DNA of 38,782 nt from a virus (IMGVR_UViG_3300030433_000259:1-38782); one strand, 5' to 3'; counted from the stretch's first letter, positions 10,527-18,405 are shown. The notes: generated by a model from the sequence alone, not told the origin. Made by a program: numbers and translations.

Positions 10527-11162
10527 ATGGCAATAACTAGAATTATTAAACCATCAATTACTGATGACGCAGTAGATAACACAAAACTAGACTTAAGTTC
10601 TAATTATGCTTTTACTGGTACTATTACTGGTATACCGCAGGTTTTTGTGCAGATTACAAAAACTACTTTAAGTGGCACAGCAACGGGTTGGAATAGTATT
10701 TTTACATCAGATTATGATAATTATATGGTTCAGTTTGATAATGTAGGATCAACTTCTACGGGAACACAAGTCTTGTTTAAGTTTTACAATGAAACTGGCG
10801 CAACATCTGATAATATTTATAGAGGTAGAACTCAAATTATTGATTCAAATGGATCAGATAGAAGTCAAAATTATCAAAATTCATATCCAAAATTAACTTC
10901 AAATATGGATGGTAATTCTACGGGTACAGGAATGAATTTATCGTTGTTTATCTACCAACCCCTAAACGCTACTGTGATGACACAATATTCTTACATTGGT
11001 TCATATGGAAGGACTGACGGATATATGGCTTACATATTAGGTGGTGGTGGCACAACTGATTATGCAACAAGAGAACATACTGGGTTGTACATTTATAATG
11101 AAGGTGGTGGTAGTTTCACTGGTAGAAGTCAATTAACATTATACGGAATTAAGAGGACATAA
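10527..11162 (+). CDS. Tail-associated beta-sandwich protein
   Basis: IFTSDYDNYMV...LTLYGIK pattern; position within the fibre module. Confidence 0.55.
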   Translation: MAITRIIKPSITDDAVDNTKLDLSSNYAFTGTITGIPQVFVQITKTTLSGTATGWNSIFTSDYDNYMVQFDNVGSTSTGTQVLFKFYNETGATSDNIYRGRTQIIDSNGSDRSQNYQNSYPKLTSNMDGNSTGTGMNLSLFIYQPLNATVMTQYSYIGSYGRTDGYMAYILGGGGTTDYATREHTGLYIYNEGGGSFTGRSQLTLYGIKRT

Positions 11163-11458
11163 TGGCAAACGAAGGTAAAATAGTTATTTTAAATCCTGAT
11201 GGAACTGAAAAAGAAGTCAGAGATCCTACTGCTGATGAGCAAAAAATCTTTGAGGGAGATAAACTTAAAAACGCATTAGATGATTTTAGAAAAGAAAGAA
11301 ATTTCAAATTAGCTCAAACGGATTGGACTGCAAGTTCGGATTTAGAAATGAGTAATGAAATGAAAGAGTATCGACAAAAACTTCGTGACGCTACCGAAGG
11401 ACTAGATACTGTAGAAAAAATCATAGCATACGAATTTCCAACAGAGGTTTTAAAATAA
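11162..11458 (+). CDS. Tail fibre assembly chaperone
   Basis: RKERNFKLAQTDWT...YRQKLRD motif. Confidence 0.8.
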   Translation: MANEGKIVILNPDGTEKEVRDPTADEQKIFEGDKLKNALDDFRKERNFKLAQTDWTASSDLEMSNEMKEYRQKLRDATEGLDTVEKIIAYEFPTEVLK

Positions 11459-11473
11459 AGAAAGGAAAAACAA

Positions 11474-11803
11474 ATGGCACAACTATCAACTACAATAAAA
11501 CTTTACGCAGAAGCCAATGGTGTATCTGATGTAGATTTTACTAAAGATGTTTTGTTGCAAGATGATTCAGATGGTAAAGGTCCATATATTAAAGAATGGA
11601 ACTTAGATATTGCACAACCAACTGATGACCAACTTGCTACATATTCATCTGATGGTGATACATTAGAAAATAACAATACCATAAGAGCTACTCGTAAAGC
11701 TGCATATGGTGATATTGGCGATCAGCTTGATGAGATCTATAAAGATATGGATGCTTGGAAAGCTAGAATTGCACAAATAAAAGCAGATAATCCAAAGGAG
11801 TAA
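11474..11803 (+). CDS. XkdW-like tail fibre chaperone
   Basis: DVLLQDDSDGKGPYIKEWN...QPT motif. Confidence 0.7.
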   Translation: MAQLSTTIKLYAEANGVSDVDFTKDVLLQDDSDGKGPYIKEWNLDIAQPTDDQLATYSSDGDTLENNNTIRATRKAAYGDIGDQLDEIYKDMDAWKARIAQIKADNPKE

Positions 11804-11806
11804 AAA

Positions 11807-11845
11807 ATGTGTGAATATTGTAATGGCGAATGTGTATGTAGGTAA
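11807..11845 (+). CDS. 12-aa Cys-rich micropeptide MCEYCNGECVCR (not in ORF track)
   Basis: AAGGAG 6 nt before ATG; stop overlaps the next start (TAATG). Confidence 0.5.
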   Translation: MCEYCNGECVCR

Positions 11846-12204
11846 TGCCTAGTCTATCTGAAAAGACAGAAATAGGCTTACCTATAAAAAATCTTTTAGG
11901 TTTATTAGGTGCAGTAGCAACTGCTGTATGGGCATATTTCGGTATTTTAGAAAGACTAAATACTATCGAAACCAGGCAAACACTATTTGAAGCTGACCTT
12001 GTAAAAGCTGCTGACCAAACCCCTGTAGATCAGGAACAGTATATGTTATTAGAATTTGTATCAGAACAAGTAGAAGATATATCTGATGACTTAGAAGATA
12101 TGAGCCACAACAAAGTTAATATAACAAGATTACAAACTGACATGGAAAAAGCATTGAAAGATATAGAGGCACTAAAAGATAAAGTAAGAAACAATGGTAA
12201 CTAA
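11845..12204 (+). CDS. Membrane-anchored coiled-coil protein (lysis-module accessory)
   Basis: Hydrophobic LLGLLGAVATAVWAYFGIL followed by heptad-rich acidic region. Confidence 0.55.
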   Translation: MPSLSEKTEIGLPIKNLLGLLGAVATAVWAYFGILERLNTIETRQTLFEADLVKAADQTPVDQEQYMLLEFVSEQVEDISDDLEDMSHNKVNITRLQTDMEKALKDIEALKDKVRNNGN

Positions 12205-12412
12205 AGTAATTATAGCATTATTATTATTCTCTGGTGGTACTATGATAGAACATACAGTTACTGATGGTGTAAAAGATTGTCTTGAAAAGAAAAGAATTAT
12301 GACACGGAATATGCAATCTGATACAGCAAGAATAGAATGTGTACGAGTAGAAGCACAGATAGAAACTATAGAAGGTGTTGAATTTATTAGATCAATGAGT
12401 AAAGTAAAGTAA
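12194..12412 (+). CDS. Small hypothetical protein (hydrophobic N-terminus, 2 Cys)
   Basis: Overlapping coupled ORF in the late operon. Confidence 0.6.
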   Translation: MVTKVIIALLLFSGGTMIEHTVTDGVKDCLEKKRIMTRNMQSDTARIECVRVEAQIETIEGVEFIRSMSKVK

Positions 12413-12669
12413 TGACTGAACATGAAAAAGAAGTTAATAAATGGCGTAAAGAAGCCAGAGCCAACAAAAGGCAAACAACAAAATTACAGAAGGTAATTGA
12501 TGAGCAAGAGATATTTATTACTTACCTAACAAAAAAGATATTAAGACTAACTGAAGAAGAAGAAATGAATATGCACCTAACAACAGAACTTAATAAATTT
12601 AAGAATCTGAATCTATCACAAAAAATAGAGAGTATGGATAATGCCAAGTCAGTCGGAGAAAATAAATAA
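12412..12669 (+). CDS. Hypothetical coiled-coil protein
   Basis: TAATG coupling; helical composition. Confidence 0.6.
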   Translation: MTEHEKEVNKWRKEARANKRQTTKLQKVIDEQEIFITYLTKKILRLTEEEEMNMHLTTELNKFKNLNLSQKIESMDNAKSVGENK

Positions 12670-12835
12670 ATTAGAAAAAGATATCCTGTTAATAAAGAAG
12701 GATATCGAGATTATCAAATCTAATCACCTCAAACATATAGAGCAAGATCTGGGTATGATTAAGAAAGTCATGTGGTCTGTAGGTTTCCTTGTATTCTCAA
12801 ACCTATTAGCACTAATAATAACCCAGATAAAATGA
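12641..12835 (+). CDS. Small coiled-coil protein with C-terminal TM helix (XhlA/holin-like)
   Basis: NHLKHIEQD followed by VMWSVGFLVFSNLLALII; two genes upstream of the endolysin. Confidence 0.55.
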   Translation: MPSQSEKINKLEKDILLIKKDIEIIKSNHLKHIEQDLGMIKKVMWSVGFLVFSNLLALIITQIK

Positions 12836-13038
12836 AGTTTTTTGTAGTTATTATATTCTGTGTTCAATCACTAACAACATCCCTTGAAAACACTTGTGTA
12901 GTAGAACCCCTAGAAGTTGAGTTTGACAATGTACAACAATGCCTTGCACATGTGGATAACTTTAGATACAGTATCAGAGAAAACAAAGATTTGTATGTAT
13001 CAGGATTCTGTACACAAAAACAAGTAGATGCCATTTGA
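12832..13038 (+). CDS. Small 4-Cys protein with hydrophobic N-terminus
   Basis: Likely start is the ATGA overlap at 12832 (MKFFVVIIFC...), not 12772. Confidence 0.55.
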   Translation: MKFFVVIIFCVQSLTTSLENTCVVEPLEVEFDNVQQCLAHVDNFRYSIRENKDLYVSGFCTQKQVDAI

Positions 13039-13453
13039 GGAATTAAAAGAACGAATAAAGAAACACGAAGGCTATAGAGTTGATGTCTATAAGTGTTCGG
13101 AAGGTTTCGATACTGGTGGCTATGGTCACAAGATAATACCTGGAGAAGAAATCCCCACTACTGAAGAAGGTTGGAATAAACTATTTGAAAAAGATTTCCA
13201 AACTGCTTGTGAGGGTGCAGATCGTGTACTAGGTGATATTGATATAGATACAAATGCAAAAGAAATAATAATAGAAATGGTCTATCAGATGGGTGAAGGT
13301 GGTGTATCTAAATTCAAAGGTATGTTATCTGCACTTAGTGATGGTAGATATACTGATGCTTCTGACGAAATGATTGATTCTCTTTGGTATCGTCAAACAC
13401 CAAATAGAGCTTCGGCATTAGCATTAGCTATGAGGGAGATAGATGTTGCTTAA
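13028..13453 (+). CDS. Endolysin, T4-lysozyme-like (GH24)
   Basis: IKKHEGYRVDVYKC...TGGYGH; EMVYQMG; SLWYRQTPNRA. Confidence 0.92.
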   Translation: MPFEELKERIKKHEGYRVDVYKCSEGFDTGGYGHKIIPGEEIPTTEEGWNKLFEKDFQTACEGADRVLGDIDIDTNAKEIIIEMVYQMGEGGVSKFKGMLSALSDGRYTDASDEMIDSLWYRQTPNRASALALAMREIDVA

Positions 13454-13823
13454 TTTACTTGGTCCTGTAGCAGGAGCTGTATTCAAAACCATAGATAAGG
13501 TTGTTGATAACAAAGGAGAAGCAGACAAACTAAAAGCAAAAGTTCAAGAAAAGATTATATCTGGTGAACTTGCAGAGCTTGAAGGAGCTGCTAAAATTAT
13601 ACAAACAGAAGCACAAGGTGGTTTTCTACAAAGAAACTGGCGACCTATTATGATGTTGGTCTTTGCTGGTTTGATGGTTGCCCATTGGTTCGGTTATACT
13701 GCACCTAATATTCCAGAATCTGTACAAAACTCTCTACTAAATATTATCTTAGTAGGTATCGGAGGATATACTATTGGTAGATCAGGTGAAAAGATCGCAG
13801 ACAAGTTTAAAAAAGAGAAGTAG
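13443..13823 (+). CDS. Holin (GTA 3TM holin-like)
   Basis: LQRNWRP motif, hydrophobic segments, GGYTIGRSGEK; adjacent to the endolysin. Confidence 0.8.
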   Translation: MLLNLLGPVAGAVFKTIDKVVDNKGEADKLKAKVQEKIISGELAELEGAAKIIQTEAQGGFLQRNWRPIMMLVFAGLMVAHWFGYTAPNIPESVQNSLLNIILVGIGGYTIGRSGEKIADKFKKEK

Positions 13824-13875
13824 ATCATACACGAAAAAATTAAAACATAGTCCTACAGTCCTTAAAACAGGAAAT

Positions 13876-14577
13876 ATGGACAAAATTTTAGTGATTTCTG
13901 ACCTACATATACCATATCATCACCCTGATAGCTTTTCTTTCCTAAACAAACTAAAAACTAGGTATTCTTGGGATAAAGTTATAAACATAGGGGATGAGAT
14001 GGATTGGCACTCTATTAATGTTAGTCATGTTATCAATCCAGATCTGCCTTCTGCTGCTGATGAACTAGAAGTCGGTAAGTTCTGGATGAAGAAACTGGAG
14101 AAAATGTATCCAGATATGTTATTACTAGAATCTAATCATGGATCTATGGTACTGCGTAGAGCTATGGCAAAAGGAATGTCTAAGTTCTTTTTGAAAGACT
14201 ACAATGAGATACTTGATGTATCATCTCGTTGGAAATGGAAAGAGTATCATTGGGAGAATAATCAACTCGGTAGAATATACTTTGCACACCAGGTATCTAA
14301 GAATATTGTAAAGTCAGTACAACTTATGTCTGCTTCGGTATGTCAAGGACATTACCACACGCAGTCAAATATAGAGTATGTCGGCAACGACTTTCATTTG
14401 AACTGGGGTATGTCTGTGGGTTGTTTAGTAAATAAAACATCTTTAGCTATGGCTTATATGAAAATTAATGTAGCGAAACCAATACTATCTTGTGGTTGCA
14501 TCATAAATGGTGTACCATACTTAATACCAATGTTATTAAGGAAGGATGGTTCTTGGGATGGGCAAATATACATCTAA
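13876..14577 (+). CDS. Calcineurin-like metallophosphoesterase
   Basis: SDLH, GDEMD, SNH, H and GHYH motifs; likely start MDKILVISD at 13876 after CAGGA. Confidence 0.85.
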   Translation: MDKILVISDLHIPYHHPDSFSFLNKLKTRYSWDKVINIGDEMDWHSINVSHVINPDLPSAADELEVGKFWMKKLEKMYPDMLLLESNHGSMVLRRAMAKGMSKFFLKDYNEILDVSSRWKWKEYHWENNQLGRIYFAHQVSKNIVKSVQLMSASVCQGHYHTQSNIEYVGNDFHLNWGMSVGCLVNKTSLAMAYMKINVAKPILSCGCIINGVPYLIPMLLRKDGSWDGQIYI

Positions 14578-14845
14578 AGAAAAAAAATTTTTTTTAAAAA
14601 TAATCGAACATGGATGTTGCATACCAGGTTGTACATCAAATACACCAATGAATGTCCATCACTTACGAGGTTCTCAGGTTCAATTTAAAAGATCTAATCA
14701 GCTTGTAGTACCTTTATGTTTTGAACATCATTCGGAACTGACATGGGGTAAGTATAAACCAGAACATAGGTTTTGGGAATACTATGATTTAGATGCGTTA
14801 GAATACGCTAATGAACTGTATGATTTGTACTCTCAACAACATTAA
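14546..14845 (+). CDS. Ref/DUF968-like HNH zinc nuclease
   Basis: CCIPGC...VHHLRG...VVPLCFEHH pattern. Confidence 0.7.
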   Translation: MVLGMGKYTSKEKKFFLKIIEHGCCIPGCTSNTPMNVHHLRGSQVQFKRSNQLVVPLCFEHHSELTWGKYKPEHRFWEYYDLDALEYANELYDLYSQQH

Positions 14846-15029
14846 TACTTTTAACCTTTTTCATAATAGATCTACCAATATTCTTAGTGCTTTTCTCACC
14901 AGTTAGGTGCATAGCAACTACTGCATAAGCACAGAATATAGTATCTGCGTCATACCCAAACTGCTTTAGATATGTAGTATAATCAGTTAAGGTTTCTATT
15001 AACTCATCAAGTTGAGATTTAAGTACCAT
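14808..15029 (-). CDS. Hypothetical protein (possibly leaderless)
   Basis: 73-aa ORF ending the leftward block; TTGACA 29 nt upstream, no SD. Confidence 0.6.
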   Translation of the reverse strand: MVLKSQLDELIETLTDYTTYLKQFGYDADTIFCAYAVVAMHLTGEKSTKNIGRSIMKKVKSINVVESTNHTVH

Positions 15030-15064
15030 GTAGTATATATATGGCTTTGTTTATATTGTGTCAA
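15030..15064 (-). promoter_or_regulatory. Putative sigma70 promoter TTGACA-N17-TATATA-N6-ATG, overlapped by inverted repeat TTGTG-N6-CACAA (15056-15071)
   Basis: Perfect -35 at 15059-15064 on the minus strand; -10 lacks the last T. Confidence 0.45.
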
Positions 15065-15138
15065 TTCACAAACCTGGAATAAATTTAATCGGTTTTCCAG
15101 GATGACTGCGTTGTCCTTTGTCCGAACCACATAACTTC

Positions 15139-15206
15139 GAGAACTTACAGAATGGCTCTATCATATCTGTATTAGTAGAGATCAAGCTACTTGCACCAAA
15201 GTTCTC
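15139..15206. ncRNA. Unassigned structured element with potential pseudoknot
   Basis: 8-bp outer stem 15139-46/15199-206, inner hairpins 15156-80 and 15183-93, loop 15166-70 complementary to 15147-51. Confidence 0.4.
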
Positions 15207-15230
15207 TCCCTAAAGGGAACTGAATTCGCT

Positions 15231-15410
15231 GAAGGCGTGGGATTAGTTTCTCACCCACAAGCTTTCGACTACAGATAGACTGTTTCTCAATGTCTACTCA
15301 CAACCACCCTTGATTACCTCAGGCATTTGCCCATACTTCATCTCAAGTGTACCTTACCCCTCTGTTAAAGAGTTGTTCAGTCAGCCGATACCGAGAGCTA
15401 CTCAGTATCA
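15231..15410 (-). ncRNA. manA-like structured RNA motif
   Basis: Minus strand GGCUGACUGAACAA-CUCU..AGAG-GGGUAAGGUACAC...CAAGGGUGGU...GAAAGCUUGUGGGU..AAUCCCAC resembles my recollection of the manA motif; several clean hairpins; intergenic. Confidence 0.6.
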
Positions 15411-15417
15411 CGAAACT

Positions 15418-15834
15418 TTAAAATGGTATTGGATCATCAGGTAGAGCATCATCATTGATTTCTTCAATGGTGTTGTCTATCTTACTACCCTGTTTACCAC
15501 CTAACATCTTCATAACACCAGAGTATCTTGGTATTAGAATTGATGTATTAAACTTTTTGTTACCACTACTATCAGTATACTGTGATACATCTATCTGACC
15601 TTCTAGGTATAATAGAGTACCTTTGTTTACATAGTCCTTGATAGTCTTAGCAAGATTAGGATCAAATGTTACTACTTTGTGCCAAGTAGTTTTGTCTTTC
15701 ATTTGTTGTGTATCTTTATCTCGTATCTTCTCAGTAGTGGCAATAGACATAGTAGCCATCATGCTGCCACCTTTGATTGTCTTGATCTCTGGATCTGTAC
15801 CAGTTCTACCAACAAGTATTACTTTGTTAATCAT
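15418..15834 (-). CDS. ssb: Single-stranded DNA-binding protein
   Basis: MINKVILVGR...TTWHKVV...KGTLLYLEGQI; acidic DDPIPF tail. Confidence 0.97.
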   Translation of the reverse strand: MINKVILVGRTGTDPEIKTIKGGSMMATMSIATTEKIRDKDTQQMKDKTTWHKVVTFDPNLAKTIKDYVNKGTLLYLEGQIDVSQYTDSSGNKKFNTSILIPRYSGVMKMLGGKQGSKIDNTIEEINDDALPDDPIPF

Positions 15835-16324
15835 TAGTTACTACCTCCTGTACTTTTGATTTATCAACATTACCTTTGTATTTCTCTTCTAGTTGCTTCA
15901 CATATTTGTTTGAATCAAACATACCCATGAATACATCTGAATTGAATCCAAGATGTGATAGTGCTTTTGTTAGAGCATCAGTCAATGCTTTCTTTGGTGC
16001 ATCATCATCTACTCTGCCTTTGGCATCTACCAATAGATTACATCCTCTAACTGGTCCATACATAGCAGTTCTGTTAGATATCCATATAGATACATCAGCA
16101 AACTGAAATGCTTTGTCACCAACTGTCAAAGTGTTGTAACTAACATCATACCCCCAACCAGTACCAACTGGTCCGAATACTTCTGTAGCTCGTCTGATTT
16201 GATAGTGAGCATCAATAGAAGTAAAACTCCTAGCTCCAAAGGATACTTTCTTAGTAAATCTCGGATCAGTTTCTTTAACTTCATTCCAAATATCAAGATT
16301 TTTAGTTTTAGTATTATCATCCAT
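15827..16324 (-). CDS. Sak/Rad52-like single-strand annealing protein
   Basis: ATEVFGPVGTGWG...DAPKKALTDALTKALSHLG; lies between the exonuclease and ssb. Confidence 0.8.
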   Translation of the reverse strand: MDDNTKTKNLDIWNEVKETDPRFTKKVSFGARSFTSIDAHYQIRRATEVFGPVGTGWGYDVSYNTLTVGDKAFQFADVSIWISNRTAMYGPVRGCNLLVDAKGRVDDDAPKKALTDALTKALSHLGFNSDVFMGMFDSNKYVKQLEEKYKGNVDKSKVQEVVTND

Positions 16325-16918
16325 TTATATTACCTCCTCAATAGATTGAAAATCGACATAGTCATCTGGTGCTACATCTGTCAATATATGATTGTTCCAG
16401 AAACACCACTCTGCATTGAGTAATCTTTTCTGAAACTTTTTATCCTGTTGAATATGAAATGCTTTCCATCTCACATTACCAAAGATAACTGACAACCATG
16501 CCTGTTTAGTATTTGATACCATCATATAGTGTTGCACTTGTGCATAATATTTTTCTATGATTGTATCCTCTTTAGTCATCATGTTTGTATGTTTAGCCTC
16601 AAAGACACCCATAGGTTTTAGATTCTCATTGAGTACATAGCCATCTATGTTGGCTAGTATGTAGTCATACTTCTTGTGCATCAATGTATATTCACACTCC
16701 TGTACTGGTAGATCAGTTTGTGTTGTAAACCATTCTCTGTTGAATGATTCGGTATGTATACCTAACTGCACTGGTAGTACAAACGATAGATCTTCTTCAA
16801 CCAAACCTTTTTTGATTTCAAAAAGTTCTTTCCATTTACCAGCGACCAATAGGTTTGCATCACTCCCTCCGATCCCTGAGTTTCTGTCTATAACTTTCTT
16901 TTGACTTTGTATATTCAT
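16325..16918 (-). CDS. YqaJ/lambda-Exo-like recombination exonuclease
   Basis: RNSGIGGSDA, ANIDG, FEAK, YYAQVQHYM motifs. Confidence 0.92.
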   Translation of the reverse strand: MNIQSQKKVIDRNSGIGGSDANLLVAGKWKELFEIKKGLVEEDLSFVLPVQLGIHTESFNREWFTTQTDLPVQECEYTLMHKKYDYILANIDGYVLNENLKPMGVFEAKHTNMMTKEDTIIEKYYAQVQHYMMVSNTKQAWLSVIFGNVRWKAFHIQQDKKFQKRLLNAEWCFWNNHILTDVAPDDYVDFQSIEEVI

Positions 16919-17183
16919 TTACCTTCCTCTCTACGATATCTTCAATATCTTTCTTTCTCTTCCAAAGAGCATCTGCTAGTCTTTTTGCTGCTGGATCTCC
17001 TCTCAATAGTCCTTCTCTCAATCTGTATTCTATATCACGATCAAACCAAACTCTAGCATAATATGTAACTTTTTTTATCCACCATCTTTTCCTTTGTACT
17101 GGATCAGAAAGATTATACTTTGTTGATTTCTTTTTGAGTTTCTTATCTCTAGCAAAAGATTTTAGTACTTCATTTGTTTTCAT
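16860..17183 (-). CDS. Basic hypothetical protein
   Basis: 107-aa ORF coupled within the leftward operon. Confidence 0.65.
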   Translation of the reverse strand: MKTNEVLKSFARDKKLKKKSTKYNLSDPVQRKRWWIKKVTYYARVWFDRDIEYRLREGLLRGDPAAKRLADALWKRKKDIEDIVERKVNEYTKSKESYRQKLRDRRE

Positions 17184-17388
17184 AATAATTAATTAATCTA
17201 TCTATATACCATCTAGCTTTTCTTAAATCTTGTGATGGTTTATCTGGATTCTTATGTCTGTTACGAATAACATACTTGATGATATTAGCCTCATGGTGAT
17301 TGAGATCGAACTGTTCTATGATCTCAATAACTTGAATCTTTGGACCAATATAATATCCAGGATCAATGTGATTTATTTTTTTTGCCAT
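17170..17388 (-). CDS. DUF3310 (T7 gp1.7/SaV-like) protein
   Basis: IQVIEIIEQFDL...NIIKYVIR...K...QDLRKARWYIDRLI; SD GGAGG. Confidence 0.85.
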   Translation of the reverse strand: MAKKINHIDPGYYIGPKIQVIEIIEQFDLNHHEANIIKYVIRNRHKNPDKPSQDLRKARWYIDRLINYYENK

Positions 17389-17524
17389 TTATCCTCCTAT
17401 TATAACAACGAATACAAGTGTACAGTTTATAATCTATGAGCATGGCTTTTGTCCATAGCTTACCACACTCCAAACATTTTTCTTTTTCTAACATTTGTTT
17501 AGGTACATATCCTCTCTTTGCCAT
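17363..17524 (-). CDS. Small zinc-finger protein (53 aa)
   Basis: CLEC...CIRC; GGAGGT SD before ATG at 17524, rather than the ORF-track start 17614. Confidence 0.65.
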   Translation of the reverse strand: MAKRGYVPKQMLEKEKCLECGKLWTKAMLIDYKLYTCIRCYNRRINGKKNKSH

Positions 17525-17601
17525 AATACCTCCATGTGGAGGGCAACCATGCGGAGGAAGGAGATCATATAATATGAAAATAGATTGCCCTCTATTCTGT
17601 T

Positions 17602-18396
17602 TTAGTGAAACCACTTGCAGTTTGCAACCTTTCTTTCACGATCATACCTAGTATTTATTGAATCACTTGGATAATGTGTACTCCAATGTGTCATAGCCTG
17701 GTATGCACTAAACTTGTTTTTACCAAACTGCCTTGAATAATTGTCATAGTATTCATCCAAGATATAGCCTCTGTGTCTTTGATTGACATGGCTTTTATCT
17801 TGTTCAGTTGGTTGTAAACATAACTGGTCTACTTGATATTCAAGTTCATTGTTATCTACTGGAATAGATGACCACTTCTCCATTGTATTAGATACAGTTC
17901 GTAGTCTGTCATTGACATCAAATGTATTTGGTCTTTCAAATGTAACTTCTTTGTTACCCTTGTGTTGTGATGATATACGAACATCCCATAGTGGTGATTT
18001 CAAACCATTCAAACACAACATGAAATAGTATCCAAGATCAAATGTCAGCTGCCTCATACCATTGTAACTGTTATGAAGTATAGCTTCCAAAGTAATAAAA
18101 GATCCTTTGTATGGTACGGAATATGCTGGTAGTCTGAAGTGTATTGCCATCAATGCACCTTTGTTAGATACCCTGTATTGTTCTGTCATATCATCAGTAT
18201 GAAAATGATTACTGAGATAATCATATGCTAGTTCATACGACTGTTGATGTGTAATCACTTTGTATGAATCTTTGTGTATAGCAATCAACTCGTTGGTGTC
18301 ATCACGAACCAACTGTTTGTAGCCAGGTATCTTAGTCTGGTGTTGATTGTATACTTCTTCACTTCGAACTGCGAAGTCTAATTGTTCTGGTAACAT
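17602..18396 (-). CDS. DUF932/DUF945 family protein
   Basis: AIHKDSYKVITH, LHNSYNG, MLCLNGL motifs; SD AAGGAGG. Confidence 0.8.
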   Translation of the reverse strand: MLPEQLDFAVRSEEVYNQHQTKIPGYKQLVRDDTNELIAIHKDSYKVITHQQSYELAYDYLSNHFHTDDMTEQYRVSNKGALMAIHFRLPAYSVPYKGSFITLEAILHNSYNGMRQLTFDLGYYFMLCLNGLKSPLWDVRISSQHKGNKEVTFERPNTFDVNDRLRTVSNTMEKWSSIPVDNNELEYQVDQLCLQPTEQDKSHVNQRHRGYILDEYYDNYSRQFGKNKFSAYQAMTHWSTHYPSDSINTRYDRERKVANCKWFH

Positions 18397-18405
18397 AGTT
18401 CCTCC

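Noticed and set aside
12951-12959. Perfect DnaA box (TGTGGATAA)
   Set aside because: Single copy inside a coding region; no cluster noticed nearby.
14576-14602. A-tract/T-tract palindrome as terminator or slippage site
   Set aside because: Encodes KEKKFFLK in frame; AT-only, with no GC stem or other support.
15139-15206. Twister, pistol or hammerhead ribozyme
   Set aside because: Topology is twister-like but the UAA cleavage-site strand and conserved GA are missing; no CUGANGA/GAAA core; pistol-like words are in the wrong order.
15030-15417. tRNA or tmRNA in the structured intergenic region
   Set aside because: No cloverleaf with a T-arm consensus and acceptor stem could be built on either strand.
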